Assembly (NCBI GenBank): GCA_037441185.1
Contig: JBBISP010000007.1
Coordinates: forward strand, 1 to 64,000
DNA: 64,000 bases
Direction of reading: 5' to 3'
Source of the DNA: Nitrospirota bacterium
GTDB lineage: Bacteria > Nitrospirota > Thermodesulfovibrionia > Thermodesulfovibrionales > Dissulfurispiraceae
Shown: piece after piece, positions 28,328-36,792 of the stretch
How positions within the stretch are numbered: the stretch's first letter is position 1
How the letters are laid out: the number at the start of each line of letters is the position of its first letter
The notes under the pieces: generated by a model
What the model was told of the DNA's origin: nothing
Databases searched by the model: none
Seen by the model: the letters and a program-made list of their open reading frames with translations, nothing else
Translations under genes and position numbers: made by a program

Positions 28328-29965
28328 TTATATTTTTATTGCGTCTTCATACTCATTCCACAACTTTTCTTTTTGTATACCTGCATCTATAAAATCCCAT
28401 GGAAAGATCTCATTAAATCTTTTTTCTCTGAACACATAAAAACTTATATCTGCTCCTGACTCTAAACACGCCCTTCTGTAATCATTGGTCTTAACCATAT
28501 CCTTCAGAACATTAAATACCTTTCTGTCTCCAACAGAAAAAAGCCCCTGCATGTAGGCATACTTCGGCACATCATGAAAGACCTTGGTGCCTTTCTCATA
28601 CCTCAATGCATTTTTAATAAACTTCAGCTTCTTCTTCACAGAATCGAGAGGCTCCATTGGATGCCATTGAAAAGGAGTAAAAGGCTTTGGAACGAATGTG
28701 CTGATGCTTAAAATAATATTACCCTTGTGAGAAAGGCGCCTCATTTTTTTGACGAGTTCAACAATCCCAGTAATGTCTTCATATGTTTCGGTCGGAAGAC
28801 CAATAATGAAATAAAGCCTCAAGTTCTCTATCCCTGCATTTAATATGAGTTTCGATGTGTCAAGTATATCCTTCTCCGTAATCTTTTTATTGACAACTCT
28901 TCTCATTCTCTCTGTGCCAGCCTCCGGAGCTATAGAGGCGCTTTTATGTCTTTTTAAAAGCCCTACAAGTTCAGCGCTCTTTTCGCTTGCGCGCAAAGAT
29001 GTTATGGAAAAATCGACGCCTTCAATACATAGAACATCTTTGATATGTGCATAATCTGTAAGAGAAGACCCGATTAATCCTATTTTGGGAGTAATTTCCT
29101 TTGCCATCTCTATTTCCACTGTAATGGTCTCTAAATCCCTTTTCCGTGTAGGGCTGTAGATATGCCCAACAAGACAAAACCTGCATTTCCACGGGCATCC
29201 TCTCATTGCTTCAACGAGATACATATTAGAAAATTCAGCCTCAGGCGTGACAATAGAAGTTGTAATTGGAGAGAGAGACAAATCCTTTAAATAGCTTCTC
29301 TTTATTTTTTCCGGCGCATCTTTGATAGAGGTTCTTTTGGATATAGTTCCATCATTGTTATAATCGATCTGATAAAACTCAGGGACATAGATTCCGTCTA
29401 TATTCATTGCATTTTCTTTAATCTGTCTTTTATTCTCTGTCTTTTGTTTTCTGTACATATATAGAAACTCATTCAACGACTCCTCAGCCTCACCAACAAA
29501 GATAATGTCAAATATTGGAGCGATTGGTTCTGGATTAAAAAAGCAGCAGACACCTCCTGCAATTAAAAGTGGATGATATTTATTTCTTTCAGACGAGATA
29601 AAGGGAATTGTTGAAATTTCTAATATTTTTAAGATGTTCGGATAATCATTTTCAAAGGATATAGAAAATGCAACAATATCAAATCGGTTTAACGGTCTTT
29701 TGGATTCAAAGGAGAAAACAGGAGTTTCTGTCCTGATGTATTCCTCTATATCTATATCATCAGGCAGAAAAGCCCTCTCGCATACAATATCATCCCTTTT
29801 ATTTAACAGGCCATAAATGCCCTGAAATCCAAGATTTGACATACCTACATGATAGGCATTTGGATACACAAGACATATATTTATTTTCCCGCCTGGATCT
29901 TTAAATATAGCGCCTTTTTCTTTAGATAGCAGAAAATCTACCTTCTCAATAAATCTGCGGTTCAT
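28328..29965 (-). CDS. Radical SAM protein with B12-binding-like N-terminus
   Basis: YPNAYHVGMSNLGFQ, RGCPWKCRFC, APEAGTERMR, FVPKPFTPFQW. Confidence 0.88.
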   Translation of the reverse strand: MNRRFIEKVDFLLSKEKGAIFKDPGGKINICLVYPNAYHVGMSNLGFQGIYGLLNKRDDIVCERAFLPDDIDIEEYIRTETPVFSFESKRPLNRFDIVAFSISFENDYPNILKILEISTIPFISSERNKYHPLLIAGGVCCFFNPEPIAPIFDIIFVGEAEESLNEFLYMYRKQKTENKRQIKENAMNIDGIYVPEFYQIDYNNDGTISKRTSIKDAPEKIKRSYLKDLSLSPITTSIVTPEAEFSNMYLVEAMRGCPWKCRFCLVGHIYSPTRKRDLETITVEIEMAKEITPKIGLIGSSLTDYAHIKDVLCIEGVDFSITSLRASEKSAELVGLLKRHKSASIAPEAGTERMRRVVNKKITEKDILDTSKLILNAGIENLRLYFIIGLPTETYEDITGIVELVKKMRRLSHKGNIILSISTFVPKPFTPFQWHPMEPLDSVKKKLKFIKNALRYEKGTKVFHDVPKYAYMQGLFSVGDRKVFNVLKDMVKTNDYRRACLESGADISFYVFREKRFNEIFPWDFIDAGIQKEKLWNEYEDAIKI

Positions 29966-30001
29966 TTTTGTTATTATATCAGAAAAAACCGGAGGGGTTT
30001 T

Positions 30002-30481
30002 ATGAATTTAGGCGTTATATCTGATACCCATGATCATCTTGATAATCTCAGAAAGATTTTAACTATTTTCAATTCAAGAAATGTTGAACATATAATACAT
30101 GCAGGTGATTTTGCATCTCCATTTACATGGAGGGTTTTAAAGCATTTCAGCGGCGGATTTACAGGCATTTTTGGCAATAACGACGGCGAGAGGATTCTAT
30201 TAAAAAAGCTTTATCAGGACAGGATATATACACAGCCTTACAGATTCGATCTTAATAACAAAAGAATTGTTGTAATGCATGAGCCTGATGTTATTGATGC
30301 CCTTGCAGACAGCGGACATTTTGATCTCATTATTTATGGACACACCCATGAACCTGTAATTAAGAAGATTGGAAATGCCTTGATAGTAAATCCAGGGGAG
30401 GTATGCGGCTGGCTTTATGGCAAGCCAACAGCAGCTATTGTAAATCTTCAGACAATGGATGCAGAACTTATAAAGATATAA
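30002..30481 (+). CDS. YfcE-like metallophosphoesterase
   Basis: ISDTHD, HAGDF, GNND, YGHTH, NPGE. Confidence 0.9.
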   Translation: MNLGVISDTHDHLDNLRKILTIFNSRNVEHIIHAGDFASPFTWRVLKHFSGGFTGIFGNNDGERILLKKLYQDRIYTQPYRFDLNNKRIVVMHEPDVIDALADSGHFDLIIYGHTHEPVIKKIGNALIVNPGEVCGWLYGKPTAAIVNLQTMDAELIKI

Positions 30482-30495
30482 AAGGCAGATTACTG

Positions 30496-31413
30496 TTATA
30501 TCGTCACTCCATCAATTCTTTTTAAACCTGCATCCAGAGCCATTTTTACTGCCTCTGAATATTCCTTTGTTGTTATCCGCCTGTCTAGTGGAGGATGTTC
30601 AAATGCCTTATAACAAGGGTAATACTGATCCATGATGTTGATATAAGTATTTTTGGATATTTCCTCTGCAATGAATCTTACGATTTCTTTAGTGCCAGCA
30701 ATGCCTTCGGGCAGAACGAGGTGCCTGACAAGAAGACCTCTCTCAGCAATTCCCTTTTCATTTATTATGAGGTCTCCAACCTGTCTGTGCATTTTTTTAA
30801 TTGCAGCCCTTGCTATTTCTGGATAGTCCTTTGCCTTTGAATACTTTAGCGCCATTTCAGGATTAGAGTATTTAAAATCTGGCATGTATATATCAACTAT
30901 CCCTTCAAGGATTTTTAGAGCCTCTATGGATTCATATCCCCCGCAGTTGTATACAATTGGGATCTTTAGACCCATCCCCGAAGCAATGGCTATGGAGTGA
31001 AGTATCATTGGCATCTGATGTGTAGGTGTAACCAGGTTTATATTGTGGCACCCAATATTTTGCATTTCTAACATTATTTGGGCAAGCCTCTCAAATGACA
31101 TCTCGCTGCCTTTTCCAAGATGGCTTATAGTCCAGTTCTGGCAGAAGATACATCCTAAATTGCAGAAACTGAAAAATATAGTCCCTGAGCCGAATCTTCC
31201 GACAAGAGGCCTTTCCTCACCGAAATGAGGTCCCCAGCTTGCAATAAAAGGCTTATCCCCAGTTCTGCAGAAACCTCTATCGCCGGAAGTCCTGTCTATT
31301 TTGCAGCTTCTTGGACAGAGGGTGCATTCTTTTAATATATCCTCAGCAAGCCTTGCTTTTTTCCACAGTTCAGCGCTCGAAAGTTTTAGATAGGCTGCAA
31401 GTTCAGATGACAT
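30496..31413 (-). CDS. Radical SAM protein, PflX-like
   Basis: CTLCPRSC, HFGEE, GSGTIFFSFCNLGCIFCQN, NINLVTPTH, RHLVLP. Confidence 0.88.
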   Translation of the reverse strand: MSSELAAYLKLSSAELWKKARLAEDILKECTLCPRSCKIDRTSGDRGFCRTGDKPFIASWGPHFGEERPLVGRFGSGTIFFSFCNLGCIFCQNWTISHLGKGSEMSFERLAQIMLEMQNIGCHNINLVTPTHQMPMILHSIAIASGMGLKIPIVYNCGGYESIEALKILEGIVDIYMPDFKYSNPEMALKYSKAKDYPEIARAAIKKMHRQVGDLIINEKGIAERGLLVRHLVLPEGIAGTKEIVRFIAEEISKNTYINIMDQYYPCYKAFEHPPLDRRITTKEYSEAVKMALDAGLKRIDGVTI

Positions 31414-31443
31414 ATACTTATTGTGTCTTTGATAGCGATTAAT

Positions 31444-32040
31444 TTAACCCACAACTTTTACAGCTATCTCCTTTGCATGCCAGGAGATATTTTTTATTGC
31501 ATCGAGCATGTGAATATATATAGATGATGCAACAGGTAGACACAATCCTTCTATTAACCTGTCTTCGTGAAGTGTTGCATATTCAATTGCCCGTTTTATA
31601 ATATCCGACTCTGATTCTTCGATATATTTTTTTAAGATTATGTTTTTGGCAAGGATTATATCTGATGAAGTTCTTAATATATCACTAAGTCTTTCTAAAA
31701 GAAATGTTATTTCACTAACTGCCTTGTCGCTGAATAAGATATTATCTTTAATCTTTTTGTCAATAAGTTCTGAAAGGTTTTCTATATTTTCTCCAATCCT
31801 TAAAAAGTGCACAGGGATAGAAATATATGGCTTTAAATCTGGATTATTCTTTGCGAGATCTGTTATCTTTTTTGTAAGTCCATCTTCCATTTGTTTAATA
31901 AATTGTACTGTTTCATTGCAATCTTTTAAAGGTTTTGATGAATTGTAAATAAATGCGGTCTGTAAAAGAGATATACAGTTTTCAGCATTGCTTCCTATTG
32001 CATGCATTTCTTTTAATAATCCCTTGAATTCTTCTTTCAT
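31444..32040 (-). CDS. PhoU-like helical domain protein
   Basis: LRIGENIENL, FSDKAVSEI, HEDRLIEGLC, as in Na/Pi cotransporter C-terminal domains. Confidence 0.65.
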   Translation of the reverse strand: MKEEFKGLLKEMHAIGSNAENCISLLQTAFIYNSSKPLKDCNETVQFIKQMEDGLTKKITDLAKNNPDLKPYISIPVHFLRIGENIENLSELIDKKIKDNILFSDKAVSEITFLLERLSDILRTSSDIILAKNIILKKYIEESESDIIKRAIEYATLHEDRLIEGLCLPVASSIYIHMLDAIKNISWHAKEIAVKVVG

Positions 32041-32130
32041 ATGTGAGACCTCCTTATGTTTTTTTTTAGCATATCAGATTGTATAGCATTCTGCAAGGTG
32101 TCTTATGGTATAATATAAAAATTTTTGGAT

Positions 32131-32463
32131 ATGAATAATATCATAAAGGAGATAAGTTTGCCAAAGATTTTAGTAGACATAGATAGCCTTAGTCCAGGAA
32201 TGAAATTGGTAAAACCTGTGGTAAACAAGGCTGGAATGATACTTTTGGGAGAAGGAACTCTGATTACAGGTGTTATTATTGAAAGGCTTAATAGTATGGG
32301 CGTAAACAACGTATATATCGAGGGACCCTCTAAACCCCAAAAAACAATTGAAGAGGTTATGTTAGAGATAGACGAAAGATTCAGAAAGACAGAAAATGAG
32401 CCTTATATGTATTTATTAAAAAGGTTGATTAAGAAGCATATAGAGGGATTATATAATAAATAA
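32131..32463 (+). CDS. Hypothetical protein preceding the HDOD gene
   Basis: LSPGMKLVKPV.NKAGMILLGEGT.IT..IIERL..MGV, resembling N-termini of HD-GYP proteins. Confidence 0.7.
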   Translation: MNNIIKEISLPKILVDIDSLSPGMKLVKPVVNKAGMILLGEGTLITGVIIERLNSMGVNNVYIEGPSKPQKTIEEVMLEIDERFRKTENEPYMYLLKRLIKKHIEGLYNK

Positions 32464-32465
32464 TT

Positions 32466-33299
32466 ATGGATATACAGAGACTGCGTGAGCAGATAGAAAG
32501 GATAGATACCCTTCCAACAGTGCCTGTTATTTTGAAAAAGCTTTTAGGTGTTATCGAAAATCCAAAGGTTTCTTTAAATGAAATCAGCAATTTTATATCC
32601 AGCGACCAAGTTCTTACAACAAGGATTCTTAAGATGGTTAATTCTTCTATATATGGATTTCCGGGCAGGATATATTCTGTAAATCAGGCTTTGATACTGC
32701 TTGGTCTGAATGCAGTTAAGGGGATGCTTCTCAGTGTTTCTATATTTGATGCAATGAAGAAAACCATGATGGGACTTTGGGAGCACTCTGTAGGCTGCGC
32801 CATTACAGCTCGAAAAATTGCTCAAAGAAAGGGGTTCAAAGAGCCGGAGGAGGTTTCCATTGCTGCGCTCTTGCATGATATCGGAAAGGTTATTTTAGGA
32901 TTAAAATTTCCTGAGGAATATAAAAATCTTATTATAGATGCCGAAGCGCAAAAGATTTTTATATTTGAGGCTGAAAAGAATCATTTTTCTGTAGAGCATG
33001 CTGATGCAGGGGAATGGATTACCCATAAATGGAATTTCCCAAAGAATCTTGTTGAAGTTATAAAATATCATCACAAACCAGATCTTTCAAAAAATGTACC
33101 TGTTCAGACAGCAATAGTTCACATAGCGGATATTCTTGTGCGGGCAAGGGGATTTGGTTTTGCAGGCGATAATTTTGTGCCAGCTATTAATAATTCAGCC
33201 TGGCAGACCATTGATCTTTCTGAAACAGACATAAAAGAGATATTGGAGGAGACAGAAGAACTTCTGGAGCAGGCAGAGGATGCTCTTCTTTCTGAATGA
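32466..33299 (+). CDS. HDOD domain protein
   Basis: LPTVP, DQVLTTRILKMVNS, LWEHS, LLHDIGK, WNFP. Confidence 0.92.
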   Translation: MDIQRLREQIERIDTLPTVPVILKKLLGVIENPKVSLNEISNFISSDQVLTTRILKMVNSSIYGFPGRIYSVNQALILLGLNAVKGMLLSVSIFDAMKKTMMGLWEHSVGCAITARKIAQRKGFKEPEEVSIAALLHDIGKVILGLKFPEEYKNLIIDAEAQKIFIFEAEKNHFSVEHADAGEWITHKWNFPKNLVEVIKYHHKPDLSKNVPVQTAIVHIADILVRARGFGFAGDNFVPAINNSAWQTIDLSETDIKEILEETEELLEQAEDALLSE

Positions 33300-34222
33300 G
33301 TAATTTAAGAACTATATTAGTCATAACAAAAGATGCAGTATTAACAGGTATAATTGAAAAAATCCTGATGGATTATTACAGGGTGGTCTGTTTTTCCAAT
33401 ATACAATCTTCTCTGAATTATATCTACAACTCTACTCCTGATATGATGGTTATTGGTACAGATGTTTATAACTCTATCTCAATTAACATTTTACATGAAA
33501 TGAAAACAGATCCTGTATTCGGCCAGATGCCTGCCATAGCTGTATTTGACGATAATTTTCCAATCCCAAAGCAGGATTATCTGCTTATAGATGACTACCT
33601 AAGAAGGGCGCATCTTGAGACGGATCTCTTGGCAAGGGTTAACTTGTGCGTGCATAGAACGGAAATGATGGTAGAGGTTAATCCGCTCACAAGGCTTCCA
33701 GGAAATATTGCGATAATAAAGCAGATACAGAGAAGATTGGATTCTTTTAAAAAGTTTGCGCTTGCCTACGCTGACCTTGATCATTTCAAGCCTTATAATG
33801 ACAAGTACGGCTTTAGCCGTGGTGACGAAGTGCTGAAAATGCTCGGCAGGCTTATCTTAAATACAGTTAGAGACAAACAGCCGCAGGGCAGTTTTGTCGG
33901 CCACATAGGAGGAGACGACTTTATATTTATTACGGATATAGAAAATGCTGAGGATGCCTCCATGGAAATTATAGATAACTTTAACAAGATAATACCTGCC
34001 TTTTATGATTCAGAGGATAGGGTAAATGGCTATATAGAGTCTGTTGATAGGGAAGGTATTAAAAAGTCTTTTCCTCTGATGGGAATTTCCATAGGGGTGG
34101 TTTGTAATAGAGGCAGGAATTTTTCTCATTATGGCGAGATAGCAGAGGTTGTTTCTGAAATGAAACAATATGCAAAGGCGTTAGGAGGCAATTGTTTCAA
34201 AATAGATAAAAGACATGCCTGA
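33296..34222 (+). CDS. Receiver-like domain plus GGDEF-type protein (GGDDF)
   Basis: NPLTRLPGN, DLDHFKPYNDKYGF, GHIGGDDF. Confidence 0.88.
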   Translation: MSNLRTILVITKDAVLTGIIEKILMDYYRVVCFSNIQSSLNYIYNSTPDMMVIGTDVYNSISINILHEMKTDPVFGQMPAIAVFDDNFPIPKQDYLLIDDYLRRAHLETDLLARVNLCVHRTEMMVEVNPLTRLPGNIAIIKQIQRRLDSFKKFALAYADLDHFKPYNDKYGFSRGDEVLKMLGRLILNTVRDKQPQGSFVGHIGGDDFIFITDIENAEDASMEIIDNFNKIIPAFYDSEDRVNGYIESVDREGIKKSFPLMGISIGVVCNRGRNFSHYGEIAEVVSEMKQYAKALGGNCFKIDKRHA

Positions 34223-34228
34223 TAGGGA

Positions 34229-34504
34229 TTAATCAAAGAGTCTTATTATGCTGTCAGCCTTATCCTCAATGTTTTTCATGCTTTGTGAGATTGTGCTGTA
34301 TTCACTTTTAAGCTTATGTAGTTCATCGGCAATATTTAAGGCAGCAAGGATCGAAGCCTTAAGGGGCGTTATATCAGGGGCATTAGAGTAGACCTCTTTT
34401 AGCTTTTTATCCACAAAGTCTGCAAGCTGTCTGATATGCTCAGGCGGTGCGTCGCCTTTTATTATATATCTCTGTCCAAGTATATTTACTTCTATGTTAC
34501 CCAT
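34229..34504 (-). CDS. zapA: Cell division protein ZapA
   Basis: VNILGQRY.IKG, LADFVD.KL, ILAALNIADEL. Confidence 0.9.
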   Translation of the reverse strand: MGNIEVNILGQRYIIKGDAPPEHIRQLADFVDKKLKEVYSNAPDITPLKASILAALNIADELHKLKSEYSTISQSMKNIEDKADSIIRLFD

Positions 34505-34538
34505 ATTAATTTAGCTGATGATTTAGAATCTTTCTGTT

Positions 34539-34760
34539 TTAAGATATTTCTATTGATTCAAGCGCATTTAGCAATTTTTCTATCTGATTTTTTATAGATG
34601 CTTTTTCCATAGAAATCTTTTCGATCTCTTTATCTTTCGATATGATGATATCTTCGAGTTCTTTAATTCTTTTATCGAGATTGTTTTTTTCTTCTTTTAA
34701 GGTTTTGACCTTTTCAACAGCAATGGCTATTTTTTCTTCGAATGTCTTAAGCATTTCCAT
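34539..34760 (-). CDS. zapB: ZapB-like coiled-coil protein
   Basis: 73-aa coiled coil (FEEKI..AVEKVKTLKEE) directly upstream of zapA. Confidence 0.65.
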   Translation of the reverse strand: MEMLKTFEEKIAIAVEKVKTLKEEKNNLDKRIKELEDIIISKDKEIEKISMEKASIKNQIEKLLNALESIEIS

Positions 34761-34889
34761 GCCAACCTCCTCATGTGTTATATCATTGAATGTGGAGCGC
34801 TTAACGCTATGGAAATAATAACATAATATATGCTGGAAAAATAAACTATCGTGGTATAATAGACAATAAAAATTAATGGAGGAAATTGA

Positions 34890-35900
34890 ATGAACAAGGA
34901 TAAGATTAAGGCTATTGAAATGGCAATTTCTCAGATCGAAAGAAACTTTGGGAAAGGCTCAATAATGCGCCTCGGAGCTGATGAGGTTGCTGAAGGTGTT
35001 CAGATAATACCAACAGGCTCATTGTCTCTGGATGTCGCAACAGGGATTGGAGGGTTTCCAAAAGGAAGGGTTATCGAAATTTTCGGCCCTGAATCTTCTG
35101 GAAAGACAACCCTTGCCTTAAATGCTATAGCACAGGCACAAAAAATAGGAGGCGTCGCCGCATTCATAGATGCAGAGCATGCGCTTGATATAAATTATGC
35201 AGCTAAACTCGGCGTAAACATCGAAGACCTTCTTGTGTCTCAGCCTGATACAGGCGAGCAGGCTCTTGAAGTGGCAGAGACACTGGTCAGAAGCGGAGCT
35301 ATTGATGTTGTTGTTATTGACTCTGTCGCTGCTCTCGTTCCAAAGGCTGAAATAGAAGGAGACATGGGAGACTCTCATATGGGGCTTCAGGCAAGACTTA
35401 TGAGCCAGGCGCTAAGAAAGCTTACTGCAGCCATATCAAAGTCTTTTACTACTGTAATGTTTATTAATCAGATAAGAATGAAAATAGGCGTTATGTTCGG
35501 CAATCCTGAAACCACTACCGGCGGAAATGCCCTGAAATTTTACTCTTCGATGAGACTTGATATAAGAAAGATAGACAGCATTAAGGACGGACAGGATATT
35601 ACAGGAGGAAGAGTCAGGGTTAAGATAGTTAAGAATAAGGTTGCTCCTCCATTCAGACAGGCAGAGTTTGATATATATTTCAATGAAGGCATTTCAAGGC
35701 TTGGAGAGATTATAGACCTTGGCGTTGACAAAGGAATTATAGAGAAGGCAGGCGCATGGTATAGCTACAATGGAAACAAGATTGGGCAGGGCAGAGAAAA
35801 TGCAAAGGAATTTCTGAAGAACAACCTTGATATAGCAGCAGAAGCAGAGCAGAAAATACGCGAGGCATATGGATTGAAATTGTCAACGAGCAATAAGTAG
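34890..35900 (+). CDS. recA: Recombinase RecA
   Basis: [44 protein letters not shown]. Confidence 0.99.
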   Translation: MNKDKIKAIEMAISQIERNFGKGSIMRLGADEVAEGVQIIPTGSLSLDVATGIGGFPKGRVIEIFGPESSGKTTLALNAIAQAQKIGGVAAFIDAEHALDINYAAKLGVNIEDLLVSQPDTGEQALEVAETLVRSGAIDVVVIDSVAALVPKAEIEGDMGDSHMGLQARLMSQALRKLTAAISKSFTTVMFINQIRMKIGVMFGNPETTTGGNALKFYSSMRLDIRKIDSIKDGQDITGGRVRVKIVKNKVAPPFRQAEFDIYFNEGISRLGEIIDLGVDKGIIEKAGAWYSYNGNKIGQGRENAKEFLKNNLDIAAEAEQKIREAYGLKLSTSNK

Positions 35901-35946
35901 TATTAATGCATGGACAGGCAAACTATAAGCCTTTAAAAATTATTGA

Positions 35947-36441
35947 TTGAAACGCATAGAGGTCAAATTGAAAATATTTGAGGACAGCCTTGAAGGCGCA
36001 TTAAAATATGCATTCAGGCTTCTCGGATACAGGGACAGGGGCGAAAAGGAGATGCATGAAAAGCTTTCACTAAAGGGTTTTTCTGGAAACACTGCCCTGA
36101 AAGCTATAGAATATTTAAAAGAAAGAGGATATATAGACGATAGAAGATTTGCCGAGCTTTTAAGAAAAGATGCTCTTACAAGAAAATATCTCGGCAGAAG
36201 AGCAGTTAAAAGTTATCTGATGAATAAGGGAATTTCGGATGATATTGCAAGTGCGATTTTAGGCAATGATAATGATTATTTTGATGCGGCAAAAAAACTT
36301 ATTGAGAAGAAATTGCGCAATGCAAAGATATATGATGAAAATACTAAAAAAAGACTCTGGGGAATGCTTTCAAGAAGAGGCTTCTCTTATGATACAATAA
36401 GCATGGCATTAAAATTTTATGAGGCAAAAGAGGAGGAATAA
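35947..36441 (+). CDS. recX: Regulatory protein RecX
   Basis: AFRLLGYRDR..KE, GYIDDRRFA, LSRRGFSYD; follows recA; start codon uncertain. Confidence 0.88.
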   Translation: MKRIEVKLKIFEDSLEGALKYAFRLLGYRDRGEKEMHEKLSLKGFSGNTALKAIEYLKERGYIDDRRFAELLRKDALTRKYLGRRAVKSYLMNKGISDDIASAILGNDNDYFDAAKKLIEKKLRNAKIYDENTKKRLWGMLSRRGFSYDTISMALKFYEAKEEE

Positions 36442-36442
36442 A

Positions 36443-36781
36443 ATGAGGCTAAGCAAAGTATTTTATGGAGTTTTATTTGCAGTTGCATTATTTTTAGTCG
36501 GATGCGCTACTCCTGCAAGATATACCTATGAGGAGATAAAACACTATCCACTTGATGTTCAGGAGTGGATTATGAAGGGTGAGATCGCTCACGGCATGAC
36601 TCAGCAGCAGGTTAGATATGCATGGGGCGCTCCTAATTCAATAAAGACCCTAGAATCTATAGACGGCAAGGCAAGAGAAGAATGGGTTTATTCTACACTG
36701 GGCGTATTCGGCACAAGGATTATTGTTTTTATTGACGGCAGGGTGATGTATATTAGCGGAGAGTCGCCAAAAATAAAATAA
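36443..36781 (+). CDS. Lipoprotein, SmpA/BamE-like fold
   Basis: Lipobox LVGC, GMTQQQVRYAWGAP, EEWVY. Confidence 0.65.
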   Translation: MRLSKVFYGVLFAVALFLVGCATPARYTYEEIKHYPLDVQEWIMKGEIAHGMTQQQVRYAWGAPNSIKTLESIDGKAREEWVYSTLGVFGTRIIVFIDGRVMYISGESPKIK

Positions 36782-36792
36782 ATGGAGAGTTA

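Noticed and set aside
28230..28328. Minus-strand frame KIKPYEAIIQLRYKYCPEFDKTVTQLKELGLI*, possibly a gene tail
   Set aside because: No start codon and no recognisable family; cannot be supported without a search
34200..34240. 6S RNA, often found downstream of zapA
   Set aside because: Only 6 nt separate zapA from the convergent GGDEF gene, leaving no room
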